In this document: one piece after another, positions 37,795-47,710 of the stretch
Numbering within the stretch: the first letter of the stretch is position 1
Layout: every line of letters starts with the position of its first letter
The notes under the pieces: model-generated
Seen by the model: only the letters and a program-made list of their open reading frames with translations
The model's database searches: none
What the model was told of the DNA's origin: nothing
IMG/VR virus record: IMGVR_UViG_3300027675_000005
Coordinates: 5,236-69,235 of that record
Source of the DNA: a virus
DNA length: 64,000 bases
Direction: 5' to 3' (one strand)
Made by a program: the position numbers and the translations under genes

Positions 37795-37823
37795 TTGCAT
37801 CCGGTCACAGAATGTGTTACACA
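37795..37823 (+). promoter_or_regulatory. sigma70-type promoter
   Basis: TTGCAT-N17-TACACA. Confidence 0.55.
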
Positions 37824-37854
37824 TTAGGGAGCTACAACAACGGAGGTATTTGCT

Positions 37855-38289
37855 ATGGTTCTAATTCCAGAACGCGAGGTGACCCACCAACACCTCAAAG
37901 AATGGTATGCTTTAAAGCAGCAGCTTGATGAGCTGAAGGGCAAGGAAGTTGTTCTTCGGCAGTTCATTGTTGCTGGATTGTTCCCCGATCCAGTAGAAGG
38001 CGTTAACACTCACCCATTGAATGATGGAACGGGCGCCGTTGCTAAAGCGACGCACGTTATCAATCGTTCTGTGCAGGTTGAGCCGCTTGAAGAGCTTCGT
38101 AAGTCGCTCGAGAGTGACAATAACTTGCCCAAGCTGGACCTGGATAAACTGGTTCGGTGGAAGCCGGAAGTTGCAACTAAAGAGTACCGAACTCTTACTG
38201 ACGAAGAGAGGCACTTGTTCGATCAGGTGCTTGTGATCAAGCCGGGTATGCCTGGATTTGAAATCATGATTCCAAAGAAAGGAAGCTAA
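37855..38289 (+). CDS. Conserved phage protein upstream of the recombination module
   Basis: Coiled-coil N-terminus; typical neighbour of AAA_24 genes. Confidence 0.7.
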   Translation: MVLIPEREVTHQHLKEWYALKQQLDELKGKEVVLRQFIVAGLFPDPVEGVNTHPLNDGTGAVAKATHVINRSVQVEPLEELRKSLESDNNLPKLDLDKLVRWKPEVATKEYRTLTDEERHLFDQVLVIKPGMPGFEIMIPKKGS

Positions 38290-39011
38290 TGGCACTAAAT
38301 TTCTCTACCGCTTCACAAGAGTCTGCCGGTAACGGCATCAAGGTGCTTGTGTACGGGGGCTCGGGGGTTGGCAAAACGGTTCTCACTGCCACACTCCCGA
38401 ATCCCGTCTTGATCTCCGCCGAATCGGGCGCCTTGTCTCTTCGTGAAGCTAATCTACGTCGTTTGTTTGGTGATGATCAATCCATCTGTTATAACATGCC
38501 TATCATTACCATTCGAACGGCAGATGATCTGCGTGATGTACATCTCTGGTGTACACAGAGCGCAGAAGCAAAGAACTTTCAGAGCATTGGATTGGACAGC
38601 ATAAGTGAGATCGGTGAGGTTGTTCTCAACAATGCCAAACGGCAAGTGAAAGATCCAAGACAAGCCTACGGAGATCTAATCGAACAGATGGAAACTGCGA
38701 TTAGGGCTTTTCGGGATCTTCCTGGTAAGAATGTTCTCGTCTCCGCAAAAATGGAGCCGATGAAGGATGAATTGTCTGGTGTCGTTAAGTATGGTCCGTC
38801 GATGCCCGGAGCTAAACTTGGACCTAAGCTGCCTTACTTCTTTGACGAAGTCTTTCGTCTTGGAATAAATAAGGATCCGCAGGGAAAGGAATATCGTTTC
38901 CTGCAAACGCAACCTGACCTTCAGTACGAAGCGAAGGATCGAAGTGGAGCTTTGCTTATCACAGAGCCTCCACATCTGCACTACATCTTCAACAAGATCA
39001 TCAACGCATAA
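38289..39011 (+). CDS. Sak4-like AAA_24 ATPase (ssDNA annealing)
   Basis: YGGSGVGKT, LDSISE, AKDRSG motifs. Confidence 0.88.
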   Translation: MALNFSTASQESAGNGIKVLVYGGSGVGKTVLTATLPNPVLISAESGALSLREANLRRLFGDDQSICYNMPIITIRTADDLRDVHLWCTQSAEAKNFQSIGLDSISEIGEVVLNNAKRQVKDPRQAYGDLIEQMETAIRAFRDLPGKNVLVSAKMEPMKDELSGVVKYGPSMPGAKLGPKLPYFFDEVFRLGINKDPQGKEYRFLQTQPDLQYEAKDRSGALLITEPPHLHYIFNKIINA

Positions 39012-39023
39012 GGAGACACCGAT

Positions 39024-39818
39024 ATGGTGCAACTTAACTTCGACGCACGGCAACACGCTCCCCTCGACAATGACCCTCTTCCGGAGGGGTGGTATAACTT
39101 CATCATTGACGAGTCGAACGCAGTTCCAACGAAGGATGGTAACCCTAACCACCTTCGCCTAGTTCTGCGTTTCTCCGTCATGGATGGACCACACCAGGGC
39201 CGCAAGGTCTTCAACGGTCTGAACATTCGCCACACTAACGTTCAGACGATGGAGATCGCAAACAGGGAATTGAGTGCGATCTGCGCTGCCGTTAACCTGC
39301 CTTACGTTCAGGATACACAGCAGCTTCACAATATCCCGATGAAGGGGCGCGTGAAGATCCGCAAGGATCCCACGGGTCAATATGACGATCAGGCGGAGAT
39401 CAAGAGCTACAAGCCCATCAACTTCGTACCGCCTGTGGCTCCTGGTTTCGTTCAACAGGGCGCAGCGGCAGCAGCACCCCAGACGGCGCCAGCAGCTCCG
39501 CAAGGGTGGATGCAGACGCCGCAGTCTCAACAGGCTGCTCAGCAAGCTGCACCGCATCCGCAAGCTGCTCCAAACGGAGGTTGGCAGCAGCCGCAGCAGC
39601 CGCAGCCGTGGGGACAGCCTCAGCAGCAGACCGCCCCGCAGCCGGTAGCGCCGCCGGTACAGCAGCCGACACCAACTGCACCGCCACCGCAGCAGCCCGC
39701 GCCAGCTGGGTTCGCTGCACCGACCCCGCCTCCACCTGCTCAACAGGCTGCTCCAGCTCCGGCATCCCCGGAAGTTGCAGCAGCTCAACAGGCAGCTCCA
39801 CCTTGGGCGCGGGGTTAA
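39024..39818 (+). CDS. DUF669-family ssDNA-binding protein
   Basis: PLPEGWY...GRKVFNGLNI...LSAICAA; Q/P-rich tail ending PPWARG. Confidence 0.82.
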   Translation: MVQLNFDARQHAPLDNDPLPEGWYNFIIDESNAVPTKDGNPNHLRLVLRFSVMDGPHQGRKVFNGLNIRHTNVQTMEIANRELSAICAAVNLPYVQDTQQLHNIPMKGRVKIRKDPTGQYDDQAEIKSYKPINFVPPVAPGFVQQGAAAAAPQTAPAAPQGWMQTPQSQQAAQQAAPHPQAAPNGGWQQPQQPQPWGQPQQQTAPQPVAPPVQQPTPTAPPPQQPAPAGFAAPTPPPPAQQAAPAPASPEVAAAQQAAPPWARG

Positions 39819-39890
39819 ACGTAACCAACTCAAGGGGGTCCCATCCGGGGCCCCCATTTCATCTGCAACGGAGACAATTGCGGAGAGAAA

Positions 39891-40073
39891 ATGAACGGCA
39901 TCGAAAAGTTAATCGCGGACCTTAAATGGCGCGGTCCGAACGACAAGCCAATGGGTCATATTGTGTTAACTCGAGAACAGGCTGAGAGTATATTAATCGA
40001 GACACAGATGCTTTGGGAATCCGTAGCTAAAAAGAATGAGGAGATACTACAATTGAGAAAGGATAAATCTTAA
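39891..40073 (+). CDS. Hypothetical protein
   Basis: Short ORF with SD. Confidence 0.5.
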   Translation: MNGIEKLIADLKWRGPNDKPMGHIVLTREQAESILIETQMLWESVAKKNEEILQLRKDKS

Positions 40074-41017
40074 TGGTCGATATTGCGATTGATCTATGCC
40101 TTGCTATCGATAAAGCTATCCAAGTAGATCAGGGGGCAACCTATCGAGGTTGGCTTGGTAAGGTACTCCCGCATATGTCAGATGCATATCGGGACACTGA
40201 GGAATCGCATCGAAGCCACATGGGGGCTTCGCAGCTCGGCCAGGACTGTGGACGAGCCGTCTGGTACAGTTTTCATTGGACAACTAAGGCAGCCCACAGT
40301 GGCCGTATGCTTCGGCTATTTAATCGTGGCCACATTGAAGAAGCCCGTTTCATTGCAATGCTGCTCACTGTTGGAATGCCAGTCTACCAACAGGATGCAG
40401 AAGGAAAACAGTTTCGAATTCAATTTGGAGACGGCCACGGTGGTGGAAGCGGAGACGGAGTCACACATTATAATAACAGCCCCGCACTCATTGAAGCAAA
40501 GACGCACAATGAGAAGTCTTTTACCGAGCTGGCTGGATCGCTTGAGAGTTGGCGGGCATATCTAATTGGTGAAGGTCATTTTAAGGGAAAGGGAGTTCGT
40601 GACGCCAAGCCCGAGCATTTTGTTCAAGCGCAGATCTACATGCGCAAGATGGGTATTGCGAGCTGTCTCTACTTCGCAGTCTGCAAGAACACTGATGATC
40701 TTTACATTGAAATCATTACTCTTAATCCCGAACACGCAGACCAGTATATTGATAGGGGTGAGAAGCTGATACAAACAACGACACCCCCACCCCGAATCAA
40801 TAACTCGCCTGGCTTCTGGAAGTGTACATGGTGTGAACATAAACCCGTCTGTCATATGAAGCGAGATCCTGATCGGAATTGCCGTACCTGCAAATATGCT
40901 CAAGTCGGCTCGGCAGCAACTTGGCACTGTACTCATCCTACTGAACGTGCTATACTTAGCGTAGAGAAACAATTAGTAGGTTGTCCGATGTACAAAATGG
41001 CAGAGTATTACAGATGA
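40073..41017 (+). CDS. Cas4-like PD-(D/E)XK exonuclease
   Basis: GASQLGQDC, DG...IEAKT, QAQIYM, CTWC...C Fe-S cysteines. Confidence 0.85.
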   Translation: MVDIAIDLCLAIDKAIQVDQGATYRGWLGKVLPHMSDAYRDTEESHRSHMGASQLGQDCGRAVWYSFHWTTKAAHSGRMLRLFNRGHIEEARFIAMLLTVGMPVYQQDAEGKQFRIQFGDGHGGGSGDGVTHYNNSPALIEAKTHNEKSFTELAGSLESWRAYLIGEGHFKGKGVRDAKPEHFVQAQIYMRKMGIASCLYFAVCKNTDDLYIEIITLNPEHADQYIDRGEKLIQTTTPPPRINNSPGFWKCTWCEHKPVCHMKRDPDRNCRTCKYAQVGSAATWHCTHPTERAILSVEKQLVGCPMYKMAEYYR

Positions 41018-42813
41018 AGAAACCCTTCACCGATCGCCAGTACCAGACCGAGGCTGTTCAAAGTATCTGGGCATACTTTGAAACCCATACTACTGGCAAT
41101 CCTATCATTGCAATGCCTACCGGCAGCGGGAAGACGATTGTTAACGCTCGCTTCCTTGAAGAAATCTTTCGTAGGTTTCCATTCCAAAAAGTAATGCTGT
41201 TGACTCACGTTAAGGAATTGATTCAACAGAATTATGATAAGCTATTAGTCTTGTGGCCCGACTCCCCTGTTGGAATCTACAGCGATGGACTTGGACAAAA
41301 GAATTCCAGACAGTCCATTACAATAGGCGGTATTGCTTCTGTGTGGAGACAGCCGCAACTCTTTGGGCATGTGGACTTAGTCATCATTGATGAGGTTCAT
41401 CTAGTTAGTCAGAACGGTACTACAATGTACCAGAAGTTTATCAAGGCGCTAGCCAAAGTTAACCCAAACATCCGTGTCATTGGACTCACCGCTACCCCTT
41501 GGCGTATGGGGCATGGAAAGCTAACTGATCCCTATCTAGAGAAAGACGGATCACTAACACCAAGTCTCTTTACAGATTTCTGTTTCGACATTACAAACTA
41601 TCAAAGTTTCAACCGGTTGATCGCAGAGGGCTATCTTGTCCCGCTGATCCCGAAGAAACCAAAGACCGAACTTAACGTAGATGGAGTTCATCTCCGTGGT
41701 GGCGAGTTCGTTGAGAAGGAACTGCAAATCGCAGTCGACAAACACGAAGTCACCGTAGCAGCAGTTACGGAAGCTATCGAGCTTGGTAAGGATCGTAAGA
41801 AATGGTTAGTGTTCGGAGCGGGTATTGAACACGCGGAACACATTACCGAGATCCTAAACGAGATGGGAGTCTCTGCAAAATGCGTTCACAGCAAACTCGA
41901 TAAGTCAGAACGCGATAAGGTAATTGCAGACTTCCGAGCGGGACGAATCCGTGCGATAGTCAATAACAACATTCTGACCACAGGGTTCGATGATCCAGCA
42001 GTCGATATGATTGTTGTGCTGCGGCCAACTATGTCCACGGTGCTGTGGGTTCAAATGCTTGGACGCGGCACACGACCAATCTATCCTAAGGGACACAACA
42101 GCGATACGATAGAACAGCGTATTGAAGCGATCAAGGTCAGCGGCAAACTGGACTGCCTAGTTCTAGACTACGCTGGTAACACACGCCGCCTGGGGCCCAT
42201 CAATGACCCTGTGATTCCCGAAGGCCCCAAGTCCCGCGGAACGCGCCCCGCCCCAGTTAAGCTCTGCGATGTATGTCAGACCTATGTCCACGCTAGTCTG
42301 CGCATCTGCCCCCATTGTGGCAACGAGTTCCACATCCAACTCAACATTGTGCAGACCGCAAGTTCTGTCAGTCCATTGAAGGGTGAGCTACCAATCACAA
42401 AGGTATTCAAAGTAGATCACATCACTGCAATGCGCCACGAGAAGATTGGAGGCGGTTCCGTATCGTTGCGCGTCTCATACTACTGCGGACTAAAGATGTA
42501 CACCGAGTTCGTAACGTTTGAGAATAGCAACGCCTTTGCTCAACGCCGTGCGCGAGCTTGGTGGAAGACACGAATGCACAATCCGAACGCATTAATTCCC
42601 GCCACAGTGAACGAGGCTCTCGCGCGCCTCGAAGAAGTCAATCACCCAACGCACATCCGCGTCTGGGTTAACAAGGCTCCCTATCCAGAGATCATGGCCC
42701 TCTGCTTTGATGGCACTGCTTTTGGAACGGAGGAGATGTCAGACGTGGTTCCCGAGATTTCAACCTCCCTGACAACTGCAACGAAGGCTCCCGAAATCGA
42801 AATCCCATTCTAA
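41014..42813 (+). CDS. Superfamily 2 (DEAH-like) helicase with zinc ribbon
   Basis: PTGSGKT, DEVH, TAT, QMLGRGTR, CDVC/CPHC. Confidence 0.92.
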   Translation: MKKPFTDRQYQTEAVQSIWAYFETHTTGNPIIAMPTGSGKTIVNARFLEEIFRRFPFQKVMLLTHVKELIQQNYDKLLVLWPDSPVGIYSDGLGQKNSRQSITIGGIASVWRQPQLFGHVDLVIIDEVHLVSQNGTTMYQKFIKALAKVNPNIRVIGLTATPWRMGHGKLTDPYLEKDGSLTPSLFTDFCFDITNYQSFNRLIAEGYLVPLIPKKPKTELNVDGVHLRGGEFVEKELQIAVDKHEVTVAAVTEAIELGKDRKKWLVFGAGIEHAEHITEILNEMGVSAKCVHSKLDKSERDKVIADFRAGRIRAIVNNNILTTGFDDPAVDMIVVLRPTMSTVLWVQMLGRGTRPIYPKGHNSDTIEQRIEAIKVSGKLDCLVLDYAGNTRRLGPINDPVIPEGPKSRGTRPAPVKLCDVCQTYVHASLRICPHCGNEFHIQLNIVQTASSVSPLKGELPITKVFKVDHITAMRHEKIGGGSVSLRVSYYCGLKMYTEFVTFENSNAFAQRRARAWWKTRMHNPNALIPATVNEALARLEEVNHPTHIRVWVNKAPYPEIMALCFDGTAFGTEEMSDVVPEISTSLTTATKAPEIEIPF

Positions 42814-42826
42814 CGGAGTAAAGACT

Positions 42827-43216
42827 ATGCCTTTCAAACTGACTAAAACTGAAGAAACAGAATTCGAAAAACTGAAAATGGATCTCACTAACAAATATGG
42901 TGAGGTGGAAGTAACTGTCAGTGAGTATAATGAAGAGACAGAAAAAGTTAAAGCGGCTGTTGATACCGCATTGGCTACCTATAATGCATCTCTTGCTGAG
43001 TTCCGTTCATTCGTAGATAAGATTGCCTCGGAACGACGCGACGAATATGACGAGAAGTCTGACGGTTGGAAAGAAGGGGATAATGGATCCACTGCCGAGG
43101 AGTGGGTCTCTACCTGGGAACAAGCCGATCTCGAAGACGCAGCTATTACTTTTCCTGACGATCTAGAACTTGAATTCGACAATCACGCTGATACTGATCT
43201 GCCCATCGAGCCCTAA
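42827..43216 (+). CDS. Highly acidic hypothetical protein
   Basis: AACGGAG RBS; Asp/Glu-rich. Confidence 0.65.
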   Translation: MPFKLTKTEETEFEKLKMDLTNKYGEVEVTVSEYNEETEKVKAAVDTALATYNASLAEFRSFVDKIASERRDEYDEKSDGWKEGDNGSTAEEWVSTWEQADLEDAAITFPDDLELEFDNHADTDLPIEP

Positions 43217-43222
43217 CTCGGC

Positions 43223-43251
43223 TTGCATCTTGTAGGGAATCATGCTATGCT
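43223..43251 (+). promoter_or_regulatory. sigma70-type promoter
   Basis: TTGCAT-N17-TATGCT. Confidence 0.65.
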
Positions 43252-43279
43252 TGTGGTGTTCAATGGAGCACCACAAGCA

Positions 43280-43597
43280 ATGCGAATGTGGATGGTAGAC
43301 CCTAAGATTCTATGTCGGAAACACTTACTGGGTGAGCATGTCGAGTTACATATGTTCGTTGGTACAATCCAAAAGGGTGTGTCACTGGACGGCTATGTGA
43401 GTCGTGGGTTAGTTGACACCTCTAAGATTGCATCTCGGCATGAAACGTTGGTCGAGGAAATGGTAGCGCGTGGCTACAATCATCAATCTCCATTACCGTA
43501 TGTGGATACGCTTGGAATAGGAAAGGTTGATCCGTTAAATTCGGCTACAGAATTGGCCCGGCGTTGTCCTGACTGTGCGAAGCTTCAAGGGGGCTAA
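43280..43597 (+). CDS. Pyrimidine-dimer DNA glycosylase (DenV-like)
   Basis: MRMWMVDPKILCRKHLLGEHVELH...RHETLVEEMVARGYNH. Confidence 0.8.
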   Translation: MRMWMVDPKILCRKHLLGEHVELHMFVGTIQKGVSLDGYVSRGLVDTSKIASRHETLVEEMVARGYNHQSPLPYVDTLGIGKVDPLNSATELARRCPDCAKLQGG

Positions 43598-43598
43598 T

Positions 43599-44045
43599 AT
43601 GATCCGCTTTATTAAGGACGACGGGGGCCGTGCTGCCTGCGGATACAAAGGAAAGACAGGCGACTGCGTAACTCGATCTATCGCTATCGCTACCGGGAAA
43701 CCCTATCATAAGATCTACGCCGATCTTGCGTATATCAATCTTACGATGCCTAAGACCCGGGGTCGTACAACGGTAGGCATCCACAGCGCCGCACATGGTA
43801 TCTTTACCAGGAGTGTGATATTCAAACGATACATGCAAGAGATCGGTTTCGTATGGACACCAACTATGGGCATCGGTACGGGTTGTAAAGTCCATCTACG
43901 AGCAGACGAACTGCCCATGGGCCGACTCGTCGTTAATGTTAGCAAACATCTTGTCGCTGTTATTGATAAAGTGATACACGACGAATATGACCCTTCACGG
44001 CACGGTACCCGCTGCGTCTATGGATACTGGAAATTGGAGAAGTAG
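43599..44045 (+). CDS. Hypothetical protein, papain-like C39-type motif
   Basis: GDCVTRSIAIATG...H.VAVID. Confidence 0.6.
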   Translation: MIRFIKDDGGRAACGYKGKTGDCVTRSIAIATGKPYHKIYADLAYINLTMPKTRGRTTVGIHSAAHGIFTRSVIFKRYMQEIGFVWTPTMGIGTGCKVHLRADELPMGRLVVNVSKHLVAVIDKVIHDEYDPSRHGTRCVYGYWKLEK

Positions 44046-44046
44046 A

Positions 44047-44265
44047 ATGGCTGTCAAAATCAAAGCCAGACTGGTGACCGCGCGCGATCTTATGCCAGGT
44101 GACTTGTTCTCGGCTGCGGGGCCCTCCTATTGGGATACCGCACTGGACAAGGGCTCGATTGGTGAGATGGTCTATATCCGTACTCGCGCCCATCCTGACC
44201 GCGCTCCGGATGCTAACGATGTGGTGTACCATATCACTATCGAAGGGAACGAGGAAACAAAATGA
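44047..44265 (+). CDS. Hypothetical protein
   Basis: SD and operon packing. Confidence 0.55.
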   Translation: MAVKIKARLVTARDLMPGDLFSAAGPSYWDTALDKGSIGEMVYIRTRAHPDRAPDANDVVYHITIEGNEETK

Positions 44266-44519
44266 AGATTCGATTAGCGATGCGTCAAGAAGGAAACTTC
44301 TGGAACGCTTATCTTGCGCTCCCAGACACCATGGAGAATGCAAAACTAATTGGATCAATCATGATGGGTGCTATTGCCCGAGATCCAAAAATTAAAAAAG
44401 ATTTTATGAAGCTAATGCAACGTGTGCTCGGTAATGCTATCAAAGACACCACAGGTGAAAAGCCGAAGGACTGGGTAATCAATCCAGCACCGGAATCTGA
44501 ACGCTCGGGACACTCATAA
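44262..44519 (+). CDS. Conserved phage hypothetical protein
   Basis: RLAMRQEGNFWNAY...APESERSGH. Confidence 0.65.
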   Translation: MKIRLAMRQEGNFWNAYLALPDTMENAKLIGSIMMGAIARDPKIKKDFMKLMQRVLGNAIKDTTGEKPKDWVINPAPESERSGHS

Positions 44520-44531
44520 CGGAGGACTAAG

Positions 44532-44735
44532 ATGCCAACTCTTAAAGACTACGCCTGGAACATATTGGACAGGAAATGCCAGTGTGGTTCTGGTAGGGAA
44601 CAAGAAGCACAGTATGACGGGCATGGAATCTTTCTCTGCAACACTTGTACCAAGTGCCACAAGGAAAAGATGTCCCGATATCGTTCCGACATTCACGAAC
44701 GCTACGAGTGCGACGAACCGATAGAGGAGGACTAG
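44532..44735 (+). CDS. Small zinc-binding hypothetical protein
   Basis: CQCGSG...CTKC. Confidence 0.6.
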   Translation: MPTLKDYAWNILDRKCQCGSGREQEAQYDGHGIFLCNTCTKCHKEKMSRYRSDIHERYECDEPIEED

Positions 44736-44967
44736 ATGGGTTTCTTCTTTCTCTGGCTTTGCATCTTTATTGTGTTTCTAATTCTCGCTCGTATGATATT
44801 CGGAGTAAGGTGATGTCTGGCGGTGGGATGTTTCTAATGTTGCTACTGACCGTCCTGATGACTGTTAGCGGTGTACGCGAGATTAGTCAACAACGTTATG
44901 CAATGGGTGTGACATTGATTGCAATTCCGGCGTGTGGTTGGATCGCGTTAATGTTTGGGAGAGTAGC

Positions 44968-45144
44968 ATGAAATCGCCGCCCGATGAAAACCATTCACTT
45001 GGGGGATGGCGTCCGCCACCACCGTCACCGCCTCCGATCCGTATAATCCCCGAGCCGCTTCTGTGGCGGGGCGTCGCACTCGGCGGGTTGGTCGCGGGGG
45101 TCTTGGCGCTGATGGTGATGATCCTGTTGAAGCTGATGTGCTGA
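44968..45144 (+). CDS. Small membrane protein
   Basis: Pro-rich segment, then a TM helix. Confidence 0.45.
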   Translation: MKSPPDENHSLGGWRPPPPSPPPIRIIPEPLLWRGVALGGLVAGVLALMVMILLKLMC

Positions 45145-45249
45145 TAAAATAAGATACAAAATAGTGCTTGCGTTGAGGTGAAGAGCTGTGCTTACATACT
45201 GGGGCAGCAGCAAGTTATATCCAAGCTGCATCAACAATGGAGTTAGAGA

Positions 45250-46209
45250 ATGTCACACGAAGTGGAATCAATGGCCTGGGCACACGAAGTTCCCTGGCAC
45301 GGTCTCGGCAACAAGGTCGAAGGAAATATCACCTGCGATGAGATGTTGGTCGCTGCTGGTATCGACTGGACGGTCGAGGAGCTTCCTTGCTACATCATGA
45401 TTGATGGCAAGAACGTTCCAGTTAATCGCAAAGCGATTGTTCGTTCCACGGACAAGAGAATCTTCACTGTAACTGGTCTGGATTGGAAGCCCAATCAGAA
45501 CAAAGTTACGATGGATTTCTTCCGCGAATACACCAAAGAAGGCGGCTGCACACTTGAGACAGCCGGTTCGCTTCGTGGCGGAAAAATCGTTTGGGCGTTG
45601 GCGCGTGTTTCCGCTGGGTTCTCACTCCAGGGTAGGGACCACGTGAAAGCGTACATTCTGATAGTATCGCCGCACGAAGTTGGAAAGGCAATCACTGTCC
45701 GAACCACAAGCGTCCGCGTCGTGTGCGCCAATACGCTGGCGATGGCCGGTGGGGTTCACGGCAAACACGCAGAGTATCGTCAAAGCCACACCTACAACTT
45801 CGACACCGCTGCTGCAAAGGCTTCCGTTCAACTTGTGAAGGAAGAGATCGCTCAGCTAGCTCTCGACGCTGCGGCATTGCAACAGCTGAAGATGAGCCAG
45901 TTCGACACGTTGCGCGTCCTGGCAGAGTTCTTCCAGCCCGCGCTGCCGAACGGAACTCAGCACAACATCGAAGAGCTGATCAACGAGCCGGACGCGCGTT
46001 CGCCCAAGCTCCAGCGTGTTCTGTGGGCAACAGAAAAGGCGCCGGGTGCGACTCCGGGCAATGGCTGGGGCGTTCTGAACGGTGTCACTTACTGGGCCGA
46101 CCATATGGCAGGCAACTCCAAGGATTCCCGCCTGTTCAACAGCTGGTTGGGTGAGACTGGAAAGAAGAAAGATCAAGTCAAGGGTAAGCTGATGGAAATG
46201 ATCTCTTGA
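45250..46209 (+). CDS. DUF932/DUF945-family phage protein
   Basis: PWHGLG, ETAGSLRGG, VRVVCANTL motifs. Confidence 0.88.
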   Translation: MSHEVESMAWAHEVPWHGLGNKVEGNITCDEMLVAAGIDWTVEELPCYIMIDGKNVPVNRKAIVRSTDKRIFTVTGLDWKPNQNKVTMDFFREYTKEGGCTLETAGSLRGGKIVWALARVSAGFSLQGRDHVKAYILIVSPHEVGKAITVRTTSVRVVCANTLAMAGGVHGKHAEYRQSHTYNFDTAAAKASVQLVKEEIAQLALDAAALQQLKMSQFDTLRVLAEFFQPALPNGTQHNIEELINEPDARSPKLQRVLWATEKAPGATPGNGWGVLNGVTYWADHMAGNSKDSRLFNSWLGETGKKKDQVKGKLMEMIS

Positions 46210-46224
46210 GGCAGATACACGATC

Positions 46225-46264
46225 AGACAGGGTTGGGTTCTTTCCCAGCCCTGTCTTTTTATTT
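46225..46264 (+). terminator. Intrinsic terminator
   Basis: AGACAGGGTTGGG-loop-CCCAGCCCTGTCT then a T tract. Confidence 0.85.
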
Positions 46265-46290
46265 CGGCAAAAATCGAGTTAAAATAGTCC

Positions 46291-46319
46291 TTGCAATCTG
46301 CGGCGCATTATATTATGTT
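46291..46319 (+). promoter_or_regulatory. sigma70-type promoter
   Basis: TTGCAA-N17-TATGTT. Confidence 0.6.
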
Positions 46320-46352
46320 GTTCTATTGTAACAACGAGTAAAGGAGATCCAC

Positions 46353-46922
46353 ATGAATGATGCTACAAAGGCACCCGATTGGGCTGCACCTCCGTCCGCT
46401 GGTGGCGCCGTCGCGGCTCCGGCCGATGATCCTGCTGTGAAAGCTCAGAAGGAGCAGGAAGCGGCTGCGAAGAAGCTCGAGCGTGAGCAGAAGAAGGCCG
46501 CTAAGGACGCGGAGAAAGCTGCCGCCGCCGAAGCCAAGGAAGCCGCCAAGGCTGCCAAGGCCCAGGAGAAGGCCGACAAGCAGGCTCAGAAGGAAGCTGC
46601 GATGCTTGCCCGCAACGAGGCGAAGGCCGCCAAGGCTGCTCAAAAGGAGCAGGCAAAGCAGCCGGAGCAGAACGGCATCCGTCGTCCGAAGCCGGACGGT
46701 GAGTGCGGTAAGGCGTGGGCGCTGTTCGATCAGCTGTCTGCAAGCAAGGGTGCTCCCGTTGCTGCGGCTGAGATCCGCGCTGCTCTGCCACAGCATTCGC
46801 ATCTGAACGAAGGCAACGTCAAAGCGGAATACCCGCGTTGGAAGAAGTTCCACGGTCTGTCTGGTACCATCCAGCCGACCGCGCCGCTTGCTCCGACGCC
46901 CCAGCCTCAGGCCACTGCCTGA
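46353..46922 (+). CDS. Lys/Ala-rich (histone H1-like) protein with conserved C-terminal domain
   Basis: KAAKDAEKAAAA repeats; C-terminus similar to 26021-26383. Confidence 0.7.
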   Translation: MNDATKAPDWAAPPSAGGAVAAPADDPAVKAQKEQEAAAKKLEREQKKAAKDAEKAAAAEAKEAAKAAKAQEKADKQAQKEAAMLARNEAKAAKAAQKEQAKQPEQNGIRRPKPDGECGKAWALFDQLSASKGAPVAAAEIRAALPQHSHLNEGNVKAEYPRWKKFHGLSGTIQPTAPLAPTPQPQATA

Positions 46923-46990
46923 TCTAACGTCTCAATACCGAAACCTGCCCCGGAGGAATTCGCCTCCGGGGCTACCTCCCGGGGAGAGAC

Positions 46991-47710
46991 ATGAACGAAC
47001 AAGCAATCGAGAAGTCGGTCAACCATTCTGAAGGGTTGCTCGACGTCCACAGTATCTTCTACACCATCCAAGGCGAGGGACCCTTCAGTGGATTCCCCGC
47101 CGTTTTTATTCGGCTCGCGGGCTGCAATCTCCAATGCCCGTGGTGTGATACCGAATACACACAAGGGCGCCGCTTTGCGCATCCCGAAGTCGTTGCGGAC
47201 TACGTTAGCTCGCTGAGCCTACCCGGAGGCCTCATAGTTATAACGGGCGGGGAACCGTTCAGGCAGAATCTAACTGCGCTACTTGAGCATCTGGACGATC
47301 GCAAACATCTTGTTCAGATCGAAACCAACGGCACCCTTCCACCAAGCGAATTTAAACACTATTCAAAATACCCGCGAATGGATCATTTCCACGGCGTCTA
47401 TATTGTCTGCAGTCCAAAAACAGGACGTGTTAATCAGGCGATCATAAATAACGCATGTTGTTTCAAATACGTTCTCGATGCGGATAGTATGAATCCGGAA
47501 GACGGACTTCCGATTCGTGCCCTCGGCCACACTGCTAATCCCCAACTTGCTCGACCACCAGATGGTTGGGCTGAACCAATCTATCTCCAGCCTATGGATA
47601 CAAAAGACCCCGCGCATAATATTCGGAACATCCAAGCTGTAACTCAGTCTTGCATGAAACACGGGTATAGGCTACAGTTACAAATTCATAAGTACATCGG
47701 AGTGGAGTAA
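46991..47710 (+). CDS. queE: 7-carboxy-7-deazaguanine synthase (radical SAM)
   Basis: FYTIQGEG, CNLQCPWCDT, ITGGEP, IETNG, QIHK. Confidence 0.95.
   Translation: MNEQAIEKSVNHSEGLLDVHSIFYTIQGEGPFSGFPAVFIRLAGCNLQCPWCDTEYTQGRRFAHPEVVADYVSSLSLPGGLIVITGGEPFRQNLTALLEHLDDRKHLVQIETNGTLPPSEFKHYSKYPRMDHFHGVYIVCSPKTGRVNQAIINNACCFKYVLDADSMNPEDGLPIRALGHTANPQLARPPDGWAEPIYLQPMDTKDPAHNIRNIQAVTQSCMKHGYRLQLQIHKYIGVE

Noticed and set aside
46300-46322. dif-like site (GCGCAT...TATATTATGTT)
   Set aside because: Spacing and the XerD arm do not fit; better explained as a promoter spacer and -10.
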